64,000 bases of DNA from Octopus vulgaris (GCA_951406725.2 OX597827.1:32674001-32738000), one strand, 5' to 3'; positions 26,720 to 46,385 are shown, numbered from the stretch's first letter. Translations and numbers: made by a program. Notes: generated by a model from the sequence alone, not told the origin.

Positions 26720-26755
26720 CTTTTACGTTTCGAGCCTACACTATTCGACAGAAAG
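26720..26755 (-). ncRNA. Minimal hammerhead-like motif, CUGUYGA family, copy 3
   Basis: CUUU-CUGUCGA-AUAGU(GUAG)GCUC-GAAAC-GUA-AAAG; host repeat (about 26630-26790) ends in (CA)n. Confidence 0.5.
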
Positions 26756-27261
26756 GAACTCAGAAATAAACTGGGAGAGAAAATAGAAAATAATTGCCTG
26801 CTTTTTTATTGCGAACGCGAACTTTTGAGAATCCTCTTAAGATCTTTGGTTTATATTTCATTGTTATTTTCTTTGTTCATTCTTTTTCTCCTTTACTCTT
26901 TTAATGGCTTCACTTATTCAACATTGACCACGCTGGAGCACTTCCTTCAAAGGTAACGACTTCAAGGATTTATCTGATTGCTGTCCTCTCAACCTCGTGG
27001 GTGAAAGAAGGGTAACGTTGAGTGGGCGAAAAGAAGATGGAGGTCCCAGACGGATCAAAATACCAAAAGAGATGTGAACTTAGAACTTAGAGAACCAGAA
27101 AAAATACTACAAAGCACTTTCTCCGATGAAAGTGACCCTATGAATTGTTCGCCATTGTAGATGCCAAAACGGTAGAATCTAGGGAAATTAATGATGTTTT
27201 TACGTGAGCAAAAAATACAGCAAGGAATAAATTTTATTGCCGGGAGAAAAAAAAGAAATTT

Positions 27262-27289
27262 AATGTTTCGGGTAAAAACCCTTCGTCAG
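27262..27289 (-). ncRNA. Degenerate hammerhead core (duplicate at 33348-33375)
   Basis: CUGACGA-A-GGGU(UUUU)ACCC-GAAAC-AUU; helix I not recoverable. Confidence 0.4.
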
Positions 27290-27874
27290 AGAGAGAATCT
27301 GAGTATGTCCTCTTCTTCCTCTTTTTCTTTTTTTTCTTTTTGCTCTGCAGAATACAAAGAAAGTTACTCAAGTAATTCGACATGAAATTCAGCGATCCCA
27401 GTTTGTCTCGGTTGACTTCGCTTCTGGATTCACGGGAGACAACACTCCATCTCACGTTAAAATTATTACAGTCATCATCGTTGTCGTTGTCATCATCATC
27501 ACCATCACTGTCGTTGTCGTCGCCGTTGTTATCATCGTTGTCATCATCATCATCAACATCATCGTCGTCGTCGTCGTTTTCATCATCTTTGTTGTCATCA
27601 TCGTCATCACATTATCGTCATCAACGCCATCGTCCTCATCACCATCACCATTATGGATGAAATGAGGCTCCAAGACGAATGCTAAAGCTGGCGGCTGCAA
27701 GGCGTTTTCCATCTCCAGCAATTTTACCCTCTGACACCAAACAATCTTGGTCAGGAAGTCACCGATGATTGCACTGTCAGATCAAAGATTCTCGGAAATG
27801 ATTTATAATTTCCGAAAGGGAGATTCTCTGGCACTTTTTCTGACATTAAACGATGATGATGATGATGAATGAAA

Positions 27875-27969
<95 letters not shown>

Positions 27970-28296
27970 GAGGCGGCGAGTCGGGAGAATTGCTTGTGCG
28001 GCGTCGGGGAAAATAAATGGTTTGGTGGCATTTCTTCAAGCTTATCTTTACGTCCTGAGCTCAAATCCACCCGAGAGGTTTAGTTTGCCTTTCATTCTTT
28101 CGGGGGTCGATAAATTAAGTACATCTCAAGCACGGGGGTCAATGTAATCGAATAGATCCCTCTCACAAAATTCCAGGTTTTGTGCCGGTAGAAGAAAGGA
28201 CTGTTATAATAATAATAACAACAACAACAACAACAACGGCAACAACAGCAACAGCAGCAGCAGTAGCACCGAAATATAGCTTAGAAATTTTCCCAA

Positions 28297-28342
28297 GACA
28301 CCCGTTGAAGGCTGGAGGGTATATCAGCCGAAACGTTGTGTT
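28297..28342 (+). ncRNA. Hammerhead of the SINE-like family with mutated core (duplicate at 34404-34449)
   Basis: GACAC-CCGUUGA-A-GGCUG..CAGCC-GAAAC-GUU-GUGUU; two core substitutions, probably inactive. Confidence 0.6.
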
Positions 28343-28429
28343 AACAACAAACAAGATGAGGACAAATATCCGTCAAATGTAAATAATGTATGGAAAGCTA
28401 CTGTTACGAGCAGTCTGTCCCTGGCATGC

Positions 28430-28728
28430 TCTGACACTCCTTCGGCTACGATGATGTGGGTTCCAGTTGATCCGTTCAGTGGGACTGCCTGCTCGTGCAA
28501 ATTAACCTGCAGATGACTGAGCACTACATAGATGCGCGTAACCCCTTAATATAGTTCTCGGGGAGATTCAGCGTGATACAAAATGTGACATGGCCGTCCC
28601 TTTGAATTACATAGAGTGGAGCAACGTGAAATAAAGTGTCTTGTTCAAGGATACAACGCACCGCCGTGAATCGAACTCGCAACCTTACGACCGTGAGCCC
28701 TAATGCCCTTACCACTAAACCACATGCC
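28430..28728 (-). mobile_element. SINE family C (duplicate at about 34537-34835)
   Basis: tRNA-like head followed by GTTGTATCCTTGAACAAGACACTTTATTTC CORE-like block on minus strand. Confidence 0.8.
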
Positions 28729-29249
28729 TTTACAGTATGCTCCGCATCAGGCACGGATAATCTTTTTACGAGAAGCGAGTAGCCAGAAACATGGATCATC
28801 ATCAGGCGAGCCGCACTGCTAAAGGATTTCAAGGTAATTCTTTCGCTCGGCGTGCCATCTAGCAAGTCCCACGGGCCGCAGTTTTCTCGTGAGTACTCTA
28901 CCTGCCGTGGTGCCTTTCTTCTCGTATCTGTACATGCTATTTTTCAAAATATTCCATTGGTGGTTTATTTTCTATGCAAGATCCTGTGGAAACCGTGTCG
29001 GCTTTGTTGTACCGCACCTTGAACATTTTAGTCACCTTAAGGTCACTTATTTTTTTGTGGTCCTTTTCCTACTTCCCCTTTAATGCTCTCTTCCGTAATT
29101 TGCTCTTCTTGCTGTTCCTTCATCTTGCTCAATAACAACACGATGGGCGAGGGCGGGAGAGCTGGTTGTGATGATTCGCTTATTCCTTGATCCTAACATG
29201 AAGTAATTTGGAACTGGGACTGAAGCCGATCTAGAGACTTGGACTTGTT

Positions 29250-29410
29250 TTTACTGGTCTCTGCGGCCTTCCTTTCACATTTCCTTTTCTAGTTCTCGAG
29301 GTTAAAAAAATGCCCTCACATGGCACTTGCCGTCACAGTTGTAACAGTTCAAATTTTTTTTTTGTCTTGCACCATCAGCCCTTCATCTGTGCTCCTTCAA
29401 ATGGGCACAA
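29250..29410 (-). pseudogene. Possible LINE ORF1 zinc-knuckle relic
   Basis: Minus strand gives NCYNCDGKCHVRAF, a decayed CX2CX4HX4C lacking the last Cys. Confidence 0.3.
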
Positions 29411-30124
29411 CTGCAGTATGACTCTGTGGTCTTGAAGAGTCATAAGGATCTATAGCGACCCCTCTTGTTTGAGGTCGATGTAACCGACTACCCCCATCCA
29501 CCCCTTCTTAAAACTGTTTTCTTTGTGCCAAAATTTGGAAAAATTATTGTATTTTTTCAAAAGGTTTCGTTTATATTTGCTTAACAATAACTATGTTCCC
29601 TTCGTTTCCGTGCTTCGTTTTTTTTTCCTCCCAAAGTGCAAATGTCAAAGCTTTTGCCTATTTTAGAGACGTGTTTCGTCGACATTCTTATGTTGAATGT
29701 CGGTTAGCGCGAACACACACACACACAGACACATACACGAAGGACAACAGAAATGTCTCTCTCGTTTGCTGAATAAATGAGAAAAATTAAAATGAAATTG
29801 GCATTCAATTCTCTTTTAATTAATTCCAAAGGAAATAACGGAAAAAAGTCATCCATTTTAATTTTCTGAAAACAATATGTCACACTTGGTTATCCATAAC
29901 GGGTTTTGGAAATATATCTTTGCGTCACAAGAAACAACAACAAGAACAAGAATTGTCTCCAACAAAGGCAGAAGACCGGCGAAACCATCAACCATATTAC
30001 ATAACCGCAAAGTTAGCCTCAGAATAATTTAAACTCAGAACTTAAAGAGCCAGACGAAATACCACAAAGCATTTTCTCCAAGATTGAGGATTCTGTTATT
30101 TCATCAGCCATAATTGTAATGTCC

Positions 30125-30651
30125 ATTTCTACTAAAGGGAGAAGGCCTGAAACTTGGTGGGAGTGGGGGATTAAGTCGATTACACCGACTACAGTACTCA
30201 ACTGGTACTTAATTTATCGACCCCGAACGGATGAAAGGCAAAGTTGACCTCGGCGGAATTTGAACTCAGAACGTAGCAGTAGACGAAATACCCATTTCTT
30301 TACTATATACAAGGGGCTAAACACAGAGAGGAAAAACAAGGACAGACAAGCGGATTAAGTCGATTATATCGACCCCAGTGCGTAACTGGTACTTATTTAA
30401 TCGACTCCGGAAGGATGAAAGGCAAAGTTGACCTCGGCGGAATTTGAACTCAGAACGTAGCAGTAGACGGGGGCAGACGAGAGGAAAAACAAGGACAGAC
30501 AAGGGATTAAGTCGATTATATCGACCCCAGTGCGTAACTGGTACTTATTTAATCGACTCCGGAAGGATGAAAGGCAAAGTTGACCTCGGCGGAATTTGAA
30601 CTCAGAACGTAACGGCAGACGAAATACGGTTACGCATTTCGCCCGGCGTGC

Positions 30652-30743
<92 letters not shown>

Positions 30744-30958
30744 TCCTTTCTACTAAAGGCACAAAGCCACCAATTTTGGGGGTGGGGGTAAGTCAATTAC
30801 ATCGTCTCTGTTGTTCAACTGGTACTTATTTTATCTACCCAGAAAAGATGAAAGGTAAAGTCGACCTCGGCGGAGTTTGAACTCAGAATGTAAGGACGGA
30901 CAAAATGCCGCTAAGCATTCCGCCCGGCGTGCTAATGGTTCTGCCACTTCGCCGCCTT
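30125..30958 (-). mobile_element. Cluster of SINE family B units (duplicate at about 36233-36946)
   Basis: GATGAAAGGCAAAGTTGACCTCGGCGGAATTTGAACTCAGAA-type core repeated four times, with an (AAT)n array. Confidence 0.85.
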
Positions 30959-30984
30959 ATATAATAATAATAATACTCTTTTCC

Positions 30985-31358
30985 TTGTGTCAGTCATTTG
31001 ACTGCGGCCACGCTGGAGCACTGCCTTTAGTCCAGCAAATCGACTTCTTTGTAAGCTTAGTACTTATTCCATCGGTCTCTTTTGCCGAACTGCTAAGTTA
31101 CAGGGACGTAAACACACCAGGTTGTCAAGCGATGTTGGTGTGACAAACACAGACACACAAACACACACACACGCACATATATATACATATACATATATAC
31201 GACGGGCTTCTTTCAGTTTCCATCTACCATATCTGCTCACAAGGCTTTGGTCGGCCCTAGGCTATAGTAGAAGACACTTGCCCAAAGTGCCACGCAGTGG
31301 ACTGAACCCGGAACCATGTGGTTGGTAAGCAAGCTACTTCCACAAAGCCACTCCTGCG
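30985..31358 (-). mobile_element. SINE family A (duplicate at about 36975-37348)
   Basis: Reverse complement of family A head and body. Confidence 0.85.
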
Positions 31359-31888
31359 TCTATTGTAATTATAATAATAATTTACATATGTATCTATTTT
31401 CCATGAAGGCGACAAATGATATGGCGAGGACAAATTACAAAAACAGTAATAGTGTATATTTAAATCGAATGGAGTCTGATTAAAAAATAACAGTTTCAAA
31501 ATGAAATTTCTCAGTTCTAAGAACAGCTAGCTGAGGTTAACCTGGAAACCAGCGAGTCTCGAGTTAGCCTTACGGTCAAAGGTAAGGGCCTTCGCCAAGC
31601 TACAGTTTCCGCCAGCCTGCAGGTCCATGCTGATTGTAGGTCTCCTTTGTTCATTGAGGCTATGCTTACTACTTACTTCCATCTTTCAGAAATGCTGTTA
31701 GGAATTATCTTTACGTTCTGAGATCTGGGGTTGAAGTAGAAGATACGTACCGAACGTGCCTCGCAGTGGGATCTGAACTCGAGACCACGTGGTTGCGAAA
31801 TGTACGTTTTGAGTACACAGCCGTGCCTGCACATAAGCATGCACGCACACACATACACATGCACGCACACACATACACATGCACACAC

Positions 31889-31933
<45 letters not shown>

Positions 31934-32175
31934 CAAAATAAGCAACAAGGATATCCAGAGGTAATGCAGTACGATCGTTTCATGCGACTCCATTTAATTG
32001 AACAATGAAAATATTACATCAATTTTAAAATGTAGAGCAATCTTCAGCTGCATAAAAACATAGAATTTAGTTAAACTCGAAGGATTCATTTGTATAGTTT
32101 TCCTATTATCCAAAATCACAAAGAGGATAAGTAGATAGACAAAGAACTGAATTAACTGAATCTAATTTTACTGAA

Positions 32176-32239
<64 letters not shown>

Positions 32240-33213
32240 TGTATTCTCACGTGTATCTGTTTGTGCATGCGTGCGCGTGTGTATTTGGGTGTATAAAATA
32301 TATTTTCACAATTGAGAAAATATTTTGATGCTTAATTTAATTTGAACGGATGCACTATTGTTTAGAACTGATAGAAAAAATAACCGTCATCATTTTTTAT
32401 GAGACGGGTAAACCAGTAGCTATAATAATAATTATTATTTCTTACTTAGGAACGAGGCGAGCAATTTCAAGGAGGGGTATGGTAGGTCGATACGATAGCC
32501 CCCCCACACACACACACACACACACACAGCCCTACCCCACTACTCAATTGCTACTTTATCTTATCAACCCCGTAAGGCTAAGTTGACCTTGGCTACTACA
32601 GTAGTAATAATAATAATGATGATAATAATAATAATAGTACCCCCCTCCAAAGGAAACAGTAAAAAAAAATAATACAGCCATCATCACCAGGAACCCAGAC
32701 ACGAGAAAATGAACGAGATCCAGGTACACATAGGCAAGCGACATGTCTGGAATTACAATCGAGACACTGTTATTAGGTGTCCCGTGAATGTTTATTACAT
32801 GTTAACCCTGTATGAGTCACTCTAATGAGCAATCACGGATCAATGAGAACGAGAGAAAGAGAGAGAGAGGGGGGAGAGAGAGAGAGCAAAGAAAAAGAAA
32901 AGGTGAATGGAACGTCGAGGCATGTTACGGCTGCTGTGTTTATAAGTGGTGTTCTTATTTCAAGGTATTTCTTAATTGCGCTCAACCAGACGTGATGGTA
33001 CTTCATGGAATGGTGGCGATGGTGGTGGTGGTAGTGGTGGTGGTGGTAGTGGTGGTGGTGGCGACGGTAATTATGATAGTGATAGCTGTAGAGACTGTAG
33101 TGATGATGGTAGTGGTGGTGGTAGTCGTCGTCGTCGTCGTGTGATGGGGTTTGTCGTCGATGGTGGTGGTAGTGTTGGTGATGACAGCAGTGATGATGGT
33201 GGTGACAGTGATT

Positions 33214-33313
33214 NNNNNNNNNNNNNNNNNNNNNNNNNNNNNNNNNNNNNNNNNNNNNNNNNNNNNNNNNNNNNNNNNNNNNNNNNNNNNNNNNNNNNNN
33301 NNNNNNNNNNNNN
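33214..33313. other. Assembly gap (100 N)
   Basis: Run of exactly 100 N, a placeholder size. Confidence 0.99.
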
Positions 33314-39160
<5,847 letters not shown>

Positions 39161-40710
39161 CTGATGATGAGAGACAATGAAATTTAAGGGTAGAACGTTG
39201 GTAGATCAAATCAACCCCTGTACTTTGCTGGTGCTTTATATTACCGGCTCCGAAAGGACGAAAGCCAAAGTTCAACACGGCTGGATTACGTTCTGAATTC
39301 AAATTCCACCGAGATCAATTTTGCTTTCCATCCTTTCAGAATTGATGAATTACCGTATTTTAACGTGTATAAGGAGCCCTCATGTATAAAGAACCCCCTA
39401 ATTTTGTGGGCTTAAAATTTAGAAAAAATGGTTTTGTAAATGATTATAATACTATCCATGTATAAGAAATTCCCATATTTTTTATACCTAAATTTTGACA
39501 AAAAGGGTTCGCAAATTACTTTTTTTTTTTAAATCTCAAACGTGAAATATTCAGCAACAGTACTTTGTAGTAAAGACTGTTTGCCAACATAACATGGCAG
39601 TCCTGGTTTAGGACTAATGTTGCTGTAATTTAGCCCCAGGAGATATCGTCTCCAGCTGGCTACATGACACGATCTGTGTCCTTACATTTTCGATCAAGGG
39701 AATCTAGCACCCCCACTCAGCTCAAAACAATATCTGTGTATCGCGATTTCTGGGTTATCGACTAGTCCCCTCCCCTAAAACTTCAGGCCTTGAGAAAGGA
39801 TTTATTAGCGGTGAGCTGCCAGTATGGTTAGCACGCGAGGCAAAATGCTTAGCGAAATTTCGTCCGTCTTTATGTTCTGAATTCAAGTTCCACAAACAGA
39901 GAAACACATATGTATGCATATACGACGGGCTTCTTTCAGTTTCCGTCTACCAAATCCACTATCAAAGCTTTGGTCGGCCCCTGGCTATAATAGCAGATGC
40001 TTGCCCATGGTGCCACAGAGTGGGACTGAACCCAGGACCATGCGGTTGATTAGCAAGCATCTTAGCACACAGCTTGTCTGCGCTTGTGCACTCATCCTGC
40101 ACCTCATATGTTGTTAACTGCCTCTATGCATTTCTTTCACTCCTATTGTCTCTATATCCCTCTTTCACTCCTTCTCCATTTGTCTCTATATCTCTCTTCC
40201 ACTCCCGCACCATTTATCTCTATATCTCTCTTTCACTCCTTCTCCATTTGTCACCATACGGTATGTAAGGCATAACTAGAGAAAAACACCAACCAACCAA
40301 CCAACCAAACAACCAGCATCTATAACGACCATTATTACACTGAGATTTATTCTTCCGGTTGTTTAATTTCAAAATGACTCCCATCGTTATGCATACAAAC
40401 CTGGTACAATTTTAAACTTCTAGAAAACCGTTTCGCAGCTGGGTTTCAGTTATACTCTGAATCACATTAATTATCCTGGGTCGCAAGCCATTTATAGAAC
40501 GGGCTTCAGGTGAATAAACAGTAGACATTGACATAATAATAAAGTTCGAGTAATTATTCGTTTTATTTTAATTGTTGACTAATTAAAGTAAATTTGTCGA
40601 TTGACCTCAACGAAAAAGTTTGCAAGGAATTTCTTAATGTGCTTTTATTAATAATATACATTATATAACCTTGTAATTCTAATATAATATCATAAGAGAA
40701 CTAAATATGT

Positions 40711-40744
<34 letters not shown>

Positions 40745-40806
40745 ATATTCGGCCATGCTGGAATCTAACCCCACCACGCCTGTCTAGCCACATTATGGTG
40801 CCTATG

Positions 40807-40848
<42 letters not shown>

Positions 40849-41048
40849 CTTTTTTTTACTTGTTTCAGTCATTTGACTGCGGCCATGCTGGAGCAATACC
40901 TTTAGTCGAACGAATTGTCCACAGGACTTATTCTTTGTAAGCCTTGCGCTTATCCTCTCGGTCTCTTTTGCCGAACCGGTTAAGTTTCGGGGACATAAGC
41001 ACACCAACATTGGTTGTCAAGCGATAGTGGGGGCGGGGGGAACAAACA

Positions 41049-41133
<85 letters not shown>

Positions 41134-41157
41134 ATTAGATATATATATATATATCGC

Positions 41158-41395
41158 GAAGACGCGTGGCTTAGTGGTTAAGGTATTCGGTTCGCGGTCG
41201 TGAGTTCGATCCCTGGTGATGCGTTGTTTCCTTGAGCAAGACACTTTATTTCTCGTTGCTCCAGTCCACTCAGCAGCTGGCAAAAATTCAAAGGGTCAGC
41301 CACACTGAATCAACCAGCTTGGCTAATCACGTCAAGGGTACGCGTGTTTGTGGAGTACTTAGTCAACAGCATGTTAATTTCATTACCAACGGAAT
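41158..41395 (+). mobile_element. SINE family C
   Basis: TGGCTTAGTGG A-box, GAGTTCGATCCC B-box, CCTTGAGCAAGACACTTTATTTC block. Confidence 0.8.
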
Positions 41396-41689
41396 GCTAT
41401 TTTTTTTGTCGGGGTAGGGGGTCAGTTTTCGTCAGTAGAAATATGTAAAAAAAAAATCTGTGGGGCAAAGGATCTGATCAATATTCTTGACAAAACACTA
41501 TTGTCCTTAAAACGTGGCTAGGTAGATTGTTTTTAAATAACAAATAATGACTATTTAGAGAAGGGAGAAGAAACCAACTCAACTGATCGATCATAAAGAG
41601 GATAAAAGACGAACACGACCTTGGTTTGAATTTAAACTAAGAACCTAAAAACACGTAAATAAACATTGCGACGCTTTTATCCATGCATT

Positions 41690-41875
41690 ACTATGCGCGG
41701 AGCATGGTTGAGAAAGGCACAACCGTTCTGCCTGCAACACCAAGACCAAGCTGGTAGCCAAGATTGGAGAGGTGTTCGAAGACCTTCCCAGAAACACAGT
41801 GAAGACCGCATGCGCCAGGTTCCGGAGCCGTCTTGAGGCCGTGGTAGAAGCTAAGCGTGGCTACTATAAGTAAAC
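41690..41875 (+). pseudogene. Tc1/mariner transposase C-terminal fragment (same family as 43210-43700)
   Basis: Frameshifted NRSACNTKTKLVAKIGEVFEDLPRNTVKTACARFRSRLEAVVEAKRGY. Confidence 0.75.
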
Positions 41876-41918
41876 TGTAATTTCCCACCCACAGTCTAGT
41901 TGGTATTATCTAATTTTT

Positions 41919-42238
41919 GGCAATCCTTCGGTTTGACTCGACAAAACGGTAACAAAACCTCGCTTGTTTCCGTGACAACTCGACAATTTACTTCGGATAT
42001 CTTCGTGACCTCCGTGACAGCTGCTTTGATAGCTACTAAAATGGGAGAAGAAAGCGTTGTGTGTGCGTGCTTGTTTTTGTCTGTGTGTGTGTGTCTGTCT
42101 GTGTTTATATGTGCTTTCCTCCTCCCATTTTAGTAGGTGTCACGGAGGTCACGAAGATATCCGAAGTGAATTGTCGAGTTGTCATGGAAACAAGTGAGGT
42201 CTTGTTATTGTTTTGTCGAGTCAAACCGAAGAATTGCC
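41919..42238. mobile_element. Merlin-like MITE with long TIRs and 8-bp TSD
   Basis: TAATTTTT|GGCAATCCTTCGG ... CCGAAGAATTGCC|TAATTTTT; TIRs about 125-135 bp around a short TG-rich spacer. Confidence 0.75.
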
Positions 42239-43209
42239 TAATTTTTTTGTCTCACTCTTTCTTGTTACTGGTTCCCTCCCCCAAAATTTGGGGCTTCGTG
42301 CCAAGTGTAGTAAAGAATTAGCAGAAACGTACGCCGAGCAAAATGCATAGCGGGATTTCGTCCGTTTTTACGTCTTGAGTTCATATTCCGTCGAGGTTAA
42401 CTTTGCCTTTCATCCTTTCGGGAGATTAAATAAAATAAGTACCAGTTGAACCTCCGTGGTTGATGTAATCGACTTACTCCACCCCTATAACTGCTGGCAT
42501 TGTGCCAACATTTGAAACCATTATTATGGGAGAAGTCTGGCGCTGAGTTGACAGAATCGTTAGCACGCTGGGTAAAATGTGGTGCATTTTTCTTTTTAAA
42601 TTTACACACATACACACACATGTATCATACGTGACGTATATACTCCGTAGATAGGTATGATGCTGTGTTTTTTTTGGCTGGAAAAAATTCTTCACAAGCA
42701 TTCTTTGTTAAAAAGACAATATATATCAGAACGAGACGAATAACGTGGCGGCGGTGATCCATAAGGACACCAGGCGTGTCTCGGCTTCCTCGAACCTTGT
42801 CAATAACGTTACTCGCCAGTCACATATCTTGACGAAATCTATCCCCTCACTTATATAGAAAACAGGGAATAACTCATTGTCTGATGTTACAGAGAACCTT
42901 CTTGGCTGAAGAGAAACTGCATGCAATTAAAACAGCATTAGATTAAAATAGACATCTATATATCTTGCTTAACGCACGATACATAGCTGGTTATTGATCC
43001 CGAAAGGATGAAAAGCAAAGTTGACATCGGCGGGATCAGCAAATAGTGCAGGGTGTTTTGCTCGACACTTTGGTAATTTCACCAATCTACGGGTTTTAAT
43101 TATCAACGTAATTGTAGTGGTAAGACATACTCAAGAGAGATGAACAGCAGAAGGTCTTCAGAGAAGAAGCCTATCTCAGGCAAGTCTTGTGGAAAGGAGA
43201 CTACAGTAC

Positions 43210-43700
43210 TTACTTATAGAAGCTACGCTCAGCTTCTTCCACGGCCTCAAGACGGCTCCGGAACCTGGCGCATGCGATCTTCACTGTGTTTTTTGGAAGA
43301 TCTTCGAACACGTCCCTGATCTTGGCTACCAGCTTGGCCTTGGTGTTGCAGGCAGAACGGTATGTTTTTTCATCAACTCGATGCATATTAATGCATGGAA
43401 TTACAATCGGAGGAATTAGGAGGCTAGAAATTGGGGCTGGTGAGGTTGTAGAAATTCTCCGACACCCACTTCCTGACTCTTTCCGGGGGTATAGCAATCA
43501 GCTGAATCCTGCCTCTACACATATGACCTTCCAGCACCAACCCTCTCCGGTTAGAATTTGACCACGCTGTCCGGCAGTTTCACATAACCGCCTGAATTGA
43601 ATCTATGGCCATATTCAAAGATATGGGGCTGCACGATGCCACCCTCATTGGAGACACAATCAAAGACCAACAATTTTATGGAACTTGGTTGCCATGATGT
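43210..43700 (-). pseudogene. Decayed Tc1/mariner-superfamily transposase (maT/DD37D-like)
   Basis: Across frames: CVSNEG..PHIFE..QDSA..SQEWVSENF..SPNF*PPNSSDCN..RSACNTKAKLVAKIRDVFEDLPKNTVKIACARFRSRLEAV. Confidence 0.75.
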
Positions 43701-44169
43701 CCATGTCACGTCTTCCAGCCTTTACGGCGTTCAAGAGCATTGAACAGCAGTCATGATTCCAATATTTGGATGCCCGGAGCGAATCATCATGAACCAGGTA
43801 ACTCTTTACCTACATTCAAATGGCTTCCAGTCCTCCGCCTCAGCGAACTTTTTCTCAACTACAACTTTAATCTTTATGCTCTCTAACGCCGTTGACTTTC
43901 CAACAAAACATCAAGCTGCCCCGAACACCCCGAGTCTCATGTCCCGAAATAGAAAATCAAAGTTAAGCAAAGAAAAAGAAAATAAAAACAAGGAATTCCT
44001 GCGTGATTCTTGGAACGGATTAGCATTAGCTTAATCTTATCCATTCTCTGTAAGTAGAAACAACAAATCTCATTGGTTATCGAATGAAATACCTAATATG
44101 GTAATTTCGTCCGTCAGAATCAATTTCATTCGAGTTTTAATTCTTCACACTGTTCGAACAACAACAACA

Positions 44170-44229
<60 letters not shown>

Positions 44230-44394
44230 GCTGCTGCTACTACTACTACTGCTACTACTACTACTACTACAGCTTCTGCTGCCACTGCTGTTGCTTCTGT
44301 CATTGGTACAAGGACAACGAATGAGGGACATAACAAGGAGATTACAAAACAGTAATGGAGTATGGAAGCTTGATTGCATCGAATACAATAATAA

Positions 44395-44478
<84 letters not shown>

Positions 44479-44854
44479 CAGCAGCAGCAGCAACAGCAGC
44501 AGTAGCTACTGCTTGCTGTAACAGATGTGCTTAAATAAAACATACGCTTATAACTTTAAAAGAAAAGGGAGAAAAAAAGGCGAGATCAACGATAGTAGGT
44601 ACAACAACAACAACAACAAGAAGAACAACAACAACAATTTGTTCAAAAAATTTTCCTTTTAGGGATGTTTTGAAAAGCAGCTTTTCTTGGATGTATTTTT
44701 CGGGTATGTCAACAAGTGGGATGTCTTAAAATAGACAAAATAAATGGAGGAAGAGGGTGTCTGTACATATGTATGTGTGTGTGTACACATACATACAAAC
44801 ACATGTATGTATATAAATATATATATATGCATGAATGTGCGTAAGTATATACCT

Positions 44855-44886
<32 letters not shown>

Positions 44887-45840
44887 CATATACACACATG
44901 TATACATAAAGATATATATACATGTAAACATATTCACATATATATATATGTGTGTGTGTGTGTGTAAACATACAGAAAGCTAGTGTATGTATGTAGTGGA
45001 GAATTACAGGGTAATTACTATGTTTAACATGTCCGGTCATTTTGCAAGAATTAGCTGGCAGAGTGGATTGTTTAATGTGTGGGAGTGGGGGTGGGGGTTA
45101 CGACTGAATATTTAGTACATATGTTTGAGTATATGTATGTGTAAACGTACTAGCAGACACAAATATACACACTTAATGTAAAGTTCAAAGCAGTAAAAAT
45201 AAATCTATCACAGAAAGGACAAAGTAAGACGAATACAAATTTAGTTCAATGCTTGAAATAAGAATTAAGGATGGGCGTGGAATGTAGTGACGTTTCGGAT
45301 TTTAGTCATTCATCGGAATGAAAAAAAGAGAAAAGAAAATTCATAGTGAGAGAAAGAAAGACAGACGACCAATGAACGTGAGAAAATATAATTGAGGGGA
45401 ATTGGAGGGATAAAACCAGGTAAAATGCCATGAAAGGAGTCAAGAAGGAAGGTGGGTATGGAGGTGCATTTGCGTGTGTTGACGCTTGGTGGCTAGAATA
45501 AGGTGGGGGAGTGTTTGGCGTGGTGTACACGTGTATAGAAGCGTGATATGTATTTTTGTGTGGTGGGTGGTGTGACAGAGTTTACGTCTAAATGTATCAT
45601 GAATGTGGTATAAGATGATTTGGAGAGGTTGAAAGCGCGTGTGCAAAGTGAACGGATGTATGTGTGAAAATGAACCCAGAATTCAATTGTTCAAGACCTC
45701 ATGTAGTATGGAAATGCATGACGCTGTGCAAATTACAGAAGCCATTGTCCTACTGAGCTTCGTCTTCTAAAATAATAATAATGATGATGATGATGACGAT
45801 GACGATGACGATGATGATGATGATGATAATAATAATAATG

Positions 45841-45884
<44 letters not shown>

Positions 45885-46385
45885 TCGTTTGTTTATTGGC
45901 CACAAGGGCTAACAAAAATCAATTAAAACATAAAGGGACAAAACATAGGACGAAAGTTACAAAAGGTTTTGTCCATTTGAAAAAGTCTGTGTACAAAAGC
46001 AGGATAACAACGAAATGTAAGTAACAATTAAAACTCCCAATAGGAGGAGGCGCTTCGAAAGGTTACTCGTGGAAAAACCTATAAAAGCCACGGGAGCCTG
46101 GTCAAAAGGGGTGTAGTGAGCCCCTTTCTCCTTTTATATTTCCTTTTAATTTTCACAGGTGTATCCTCAGAATTGGTCCGTTCATACTGGCCATTCTTGC
46201 AACATTCACCCACCTTTCATTAAACTTGCTACCAGACATCACTTCCCTCTCTACTCTCATCTTCCTTTTCAAGTGAAACTTCTAAAAGTTGATGAGGCCT
46301 TGGCCAAAGAGGAAAGTGTCTGACCTTAGCCCTTTCAAACGGGCCCACTATACCACCTCTTTCGCTACAGCCACTAGGCAAAGGA
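45885..46385 (-). mobile_element. 3' end of an L1/Tx1-like LINE with 3' UTR and (ATT)n tail
   Basis: LVAVAKEVV*WARLKG..KFHLKRKMRVEREVM..FNERWVNVARM..RIHL*, then UTR, AATAAA and (ATT)n. Confidence 0.7.

Larger units (their letters stand above)
27228..33213 (+). repeat. Copy 1 of ~6 kb near-identical tandem duplication
   Basis: Starts TAAATTTTATTGCCGGGAG and ends GGTGACAGTGATT exactly at the gap; matches 33314-39160. Confidence 0.95.

Noticed and set aside
30200-30880. CRISPR-like regularly repeated motif
   Set aside because: These are SINE B cores with related intervening sequence in eukaryotic DNA; no cas genes
32976-33213. Gly/Ser/Asp-rich ORF
   Set aside because: GGT/GAT trinucleotide repeat running into the N gap
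41720-43365. Inverted pair of transposase fragments as the ends of one composite element
   Set aside because: Copies are clearly diverged and differ in extent, with no shared TSD; more likely independent relics
45289-45316. CCGAUGA..GAAACGUC on minus strand, and similar relics near 20033-20065 and 26455-26500
   Set aside because: Possibly decayed HHRs, but helix I or the core is broken, so not called as features
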